DNA from: Squalus acanthias
Taxonomy: Eukaryota
DNA: 64,000 nt
Direction: 5' to 3'
Assembly (NCBI GenBank): GCA_030390025.1
Contig: CM059432.1
Span: 132,806,001 to 132,870,000 of the forward strand
The notes beneath the pieces were generated by a model. It searched no databases and had not been told where the DNA came from. It saw only the letters and a program-made list of their open reading frames with translations. A program made the position numbers and the translations under genes. How positions within the stretch are numbered: the first letter of the stretch is position 1; each line of letters begins with the position of its first letter. Of this stretch, positions 63,160-64,000 are shown one piece after another.

Positions 63160-64000
63160 AACGGAATATTGTTCATCTCGCTATTGCCCCGTTAAGTAAA
63201 TGGGGCAGCAAACGGCATGAAAAGCGCAACCAAAGCATTGAGCTATTGCTGCCTGTTTGCCTGTTCTGATTTTTGTCCGAGCTGGCCACAATCTAGGCGG
63301 CCAGCGCTCCTGCCCGAAACAGACAGGGGCCGAATAAATATTTTCGAATCGGGGCTCGACCGATGTGGTTAGGGTCGCGCCAACACCATTTTTGTCTCAA
63401 CCTGCATTGCCACTGCTCCTTCCTCAACCCGCCCACAAACCATGGGTGGCGCAGGTCAGGAGCAGCAGTATTTAAAGGGATACAAGCTCGCTCTCAGCTA
63501 AAACGGTGTAAAGGTTCGGGAGGCAATTCACTTGTATTAGTCAATGGCTTTTTTTTGTTGCTATTAGATGATTTAAAGTGTCTGTACAACCTCCTGAACT
63601 TTAATTGGCCTTCCAGCAATGCACCTTTTTTCTACACGGGGATCCTGCTGACAGTTTCACTCTGACAAGAGGAAGAGGAGCAAATAGAGCTGTGTCTGCA
63701 GGGGAACCAGATAGAAGGAGGTGTGTTTGCAGGAATCGGCTCCCTGCCAACAGAATGTATAGGCACAGAACAATATGCCTGCGCTTATCTGAGGAGCAGT
63801 GCATCAAGAGGCTGTGCTCCGCCTGGAAGGCTATAAGAGAATTGTGTCAACTCCTGCAGCAAGACCTGCAACGAAAATGCCACAGCTGGCACAGCCTTGC
63901 CTGTTGCAGTCAAGGTCACTGCAGCCCTGAATTTCTTTGCCTCCGGCTCTTTCCAGGCTGCCACAGGGGATATCAATCTGCAACTCATGCTTGCATTAAG
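63160..64000 (+). mobile_element. Harbinger element with transposase N-terminal pseudogene, truncated by the window end
   Basis: RMYRHR...LSEEQCIKRL...PVAVKVTAALNFFASGSFQAATGDI at 63750-63980. Left boundary is approximate. Confidence 0.8.

Overview
Eukaryotic, repeat-dense, apparently non-coding (intronic or intergenic) DNA. It is most likely from a cartilaginous fish, because it carries an HE1-like V-SINE, Deu-domain SINEs, many CR1 LINEs with (ATTCTATG)n/(TTTCTATG)n tails and Penelope-like fragments. No host protein-coding exon could be identified with confidence. The window is dominated by PIF/Harbinger DNA transposons. One near-complete element (31247-39646) has a DDE transposase convergent with a 3-exon Myb/SANT gene and is broken by two LINEs and a solo LTR. 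About 20 deletion derivatives or MITEs fall into several TIR families. The most striking pattern is target choice: four independent Harbinger insertions sit at the same TAT register of CR1 3' tail microsatellites (GANTC-TAT-GANTC), and most other readable sites fit a Y-NNN-R rule rather than the textbook TAA/TTA. Other structures are a 1.9-kb palindrome formed by two inverted MITEs, a near-perfect 170-bp fold-back duplication, a CR1 with a doubled 3' UTR, and a few orphan protein-like fragments that could be endogenous viral remnants (unverified). Family names come from recognising motifs by eye, not from database searches.
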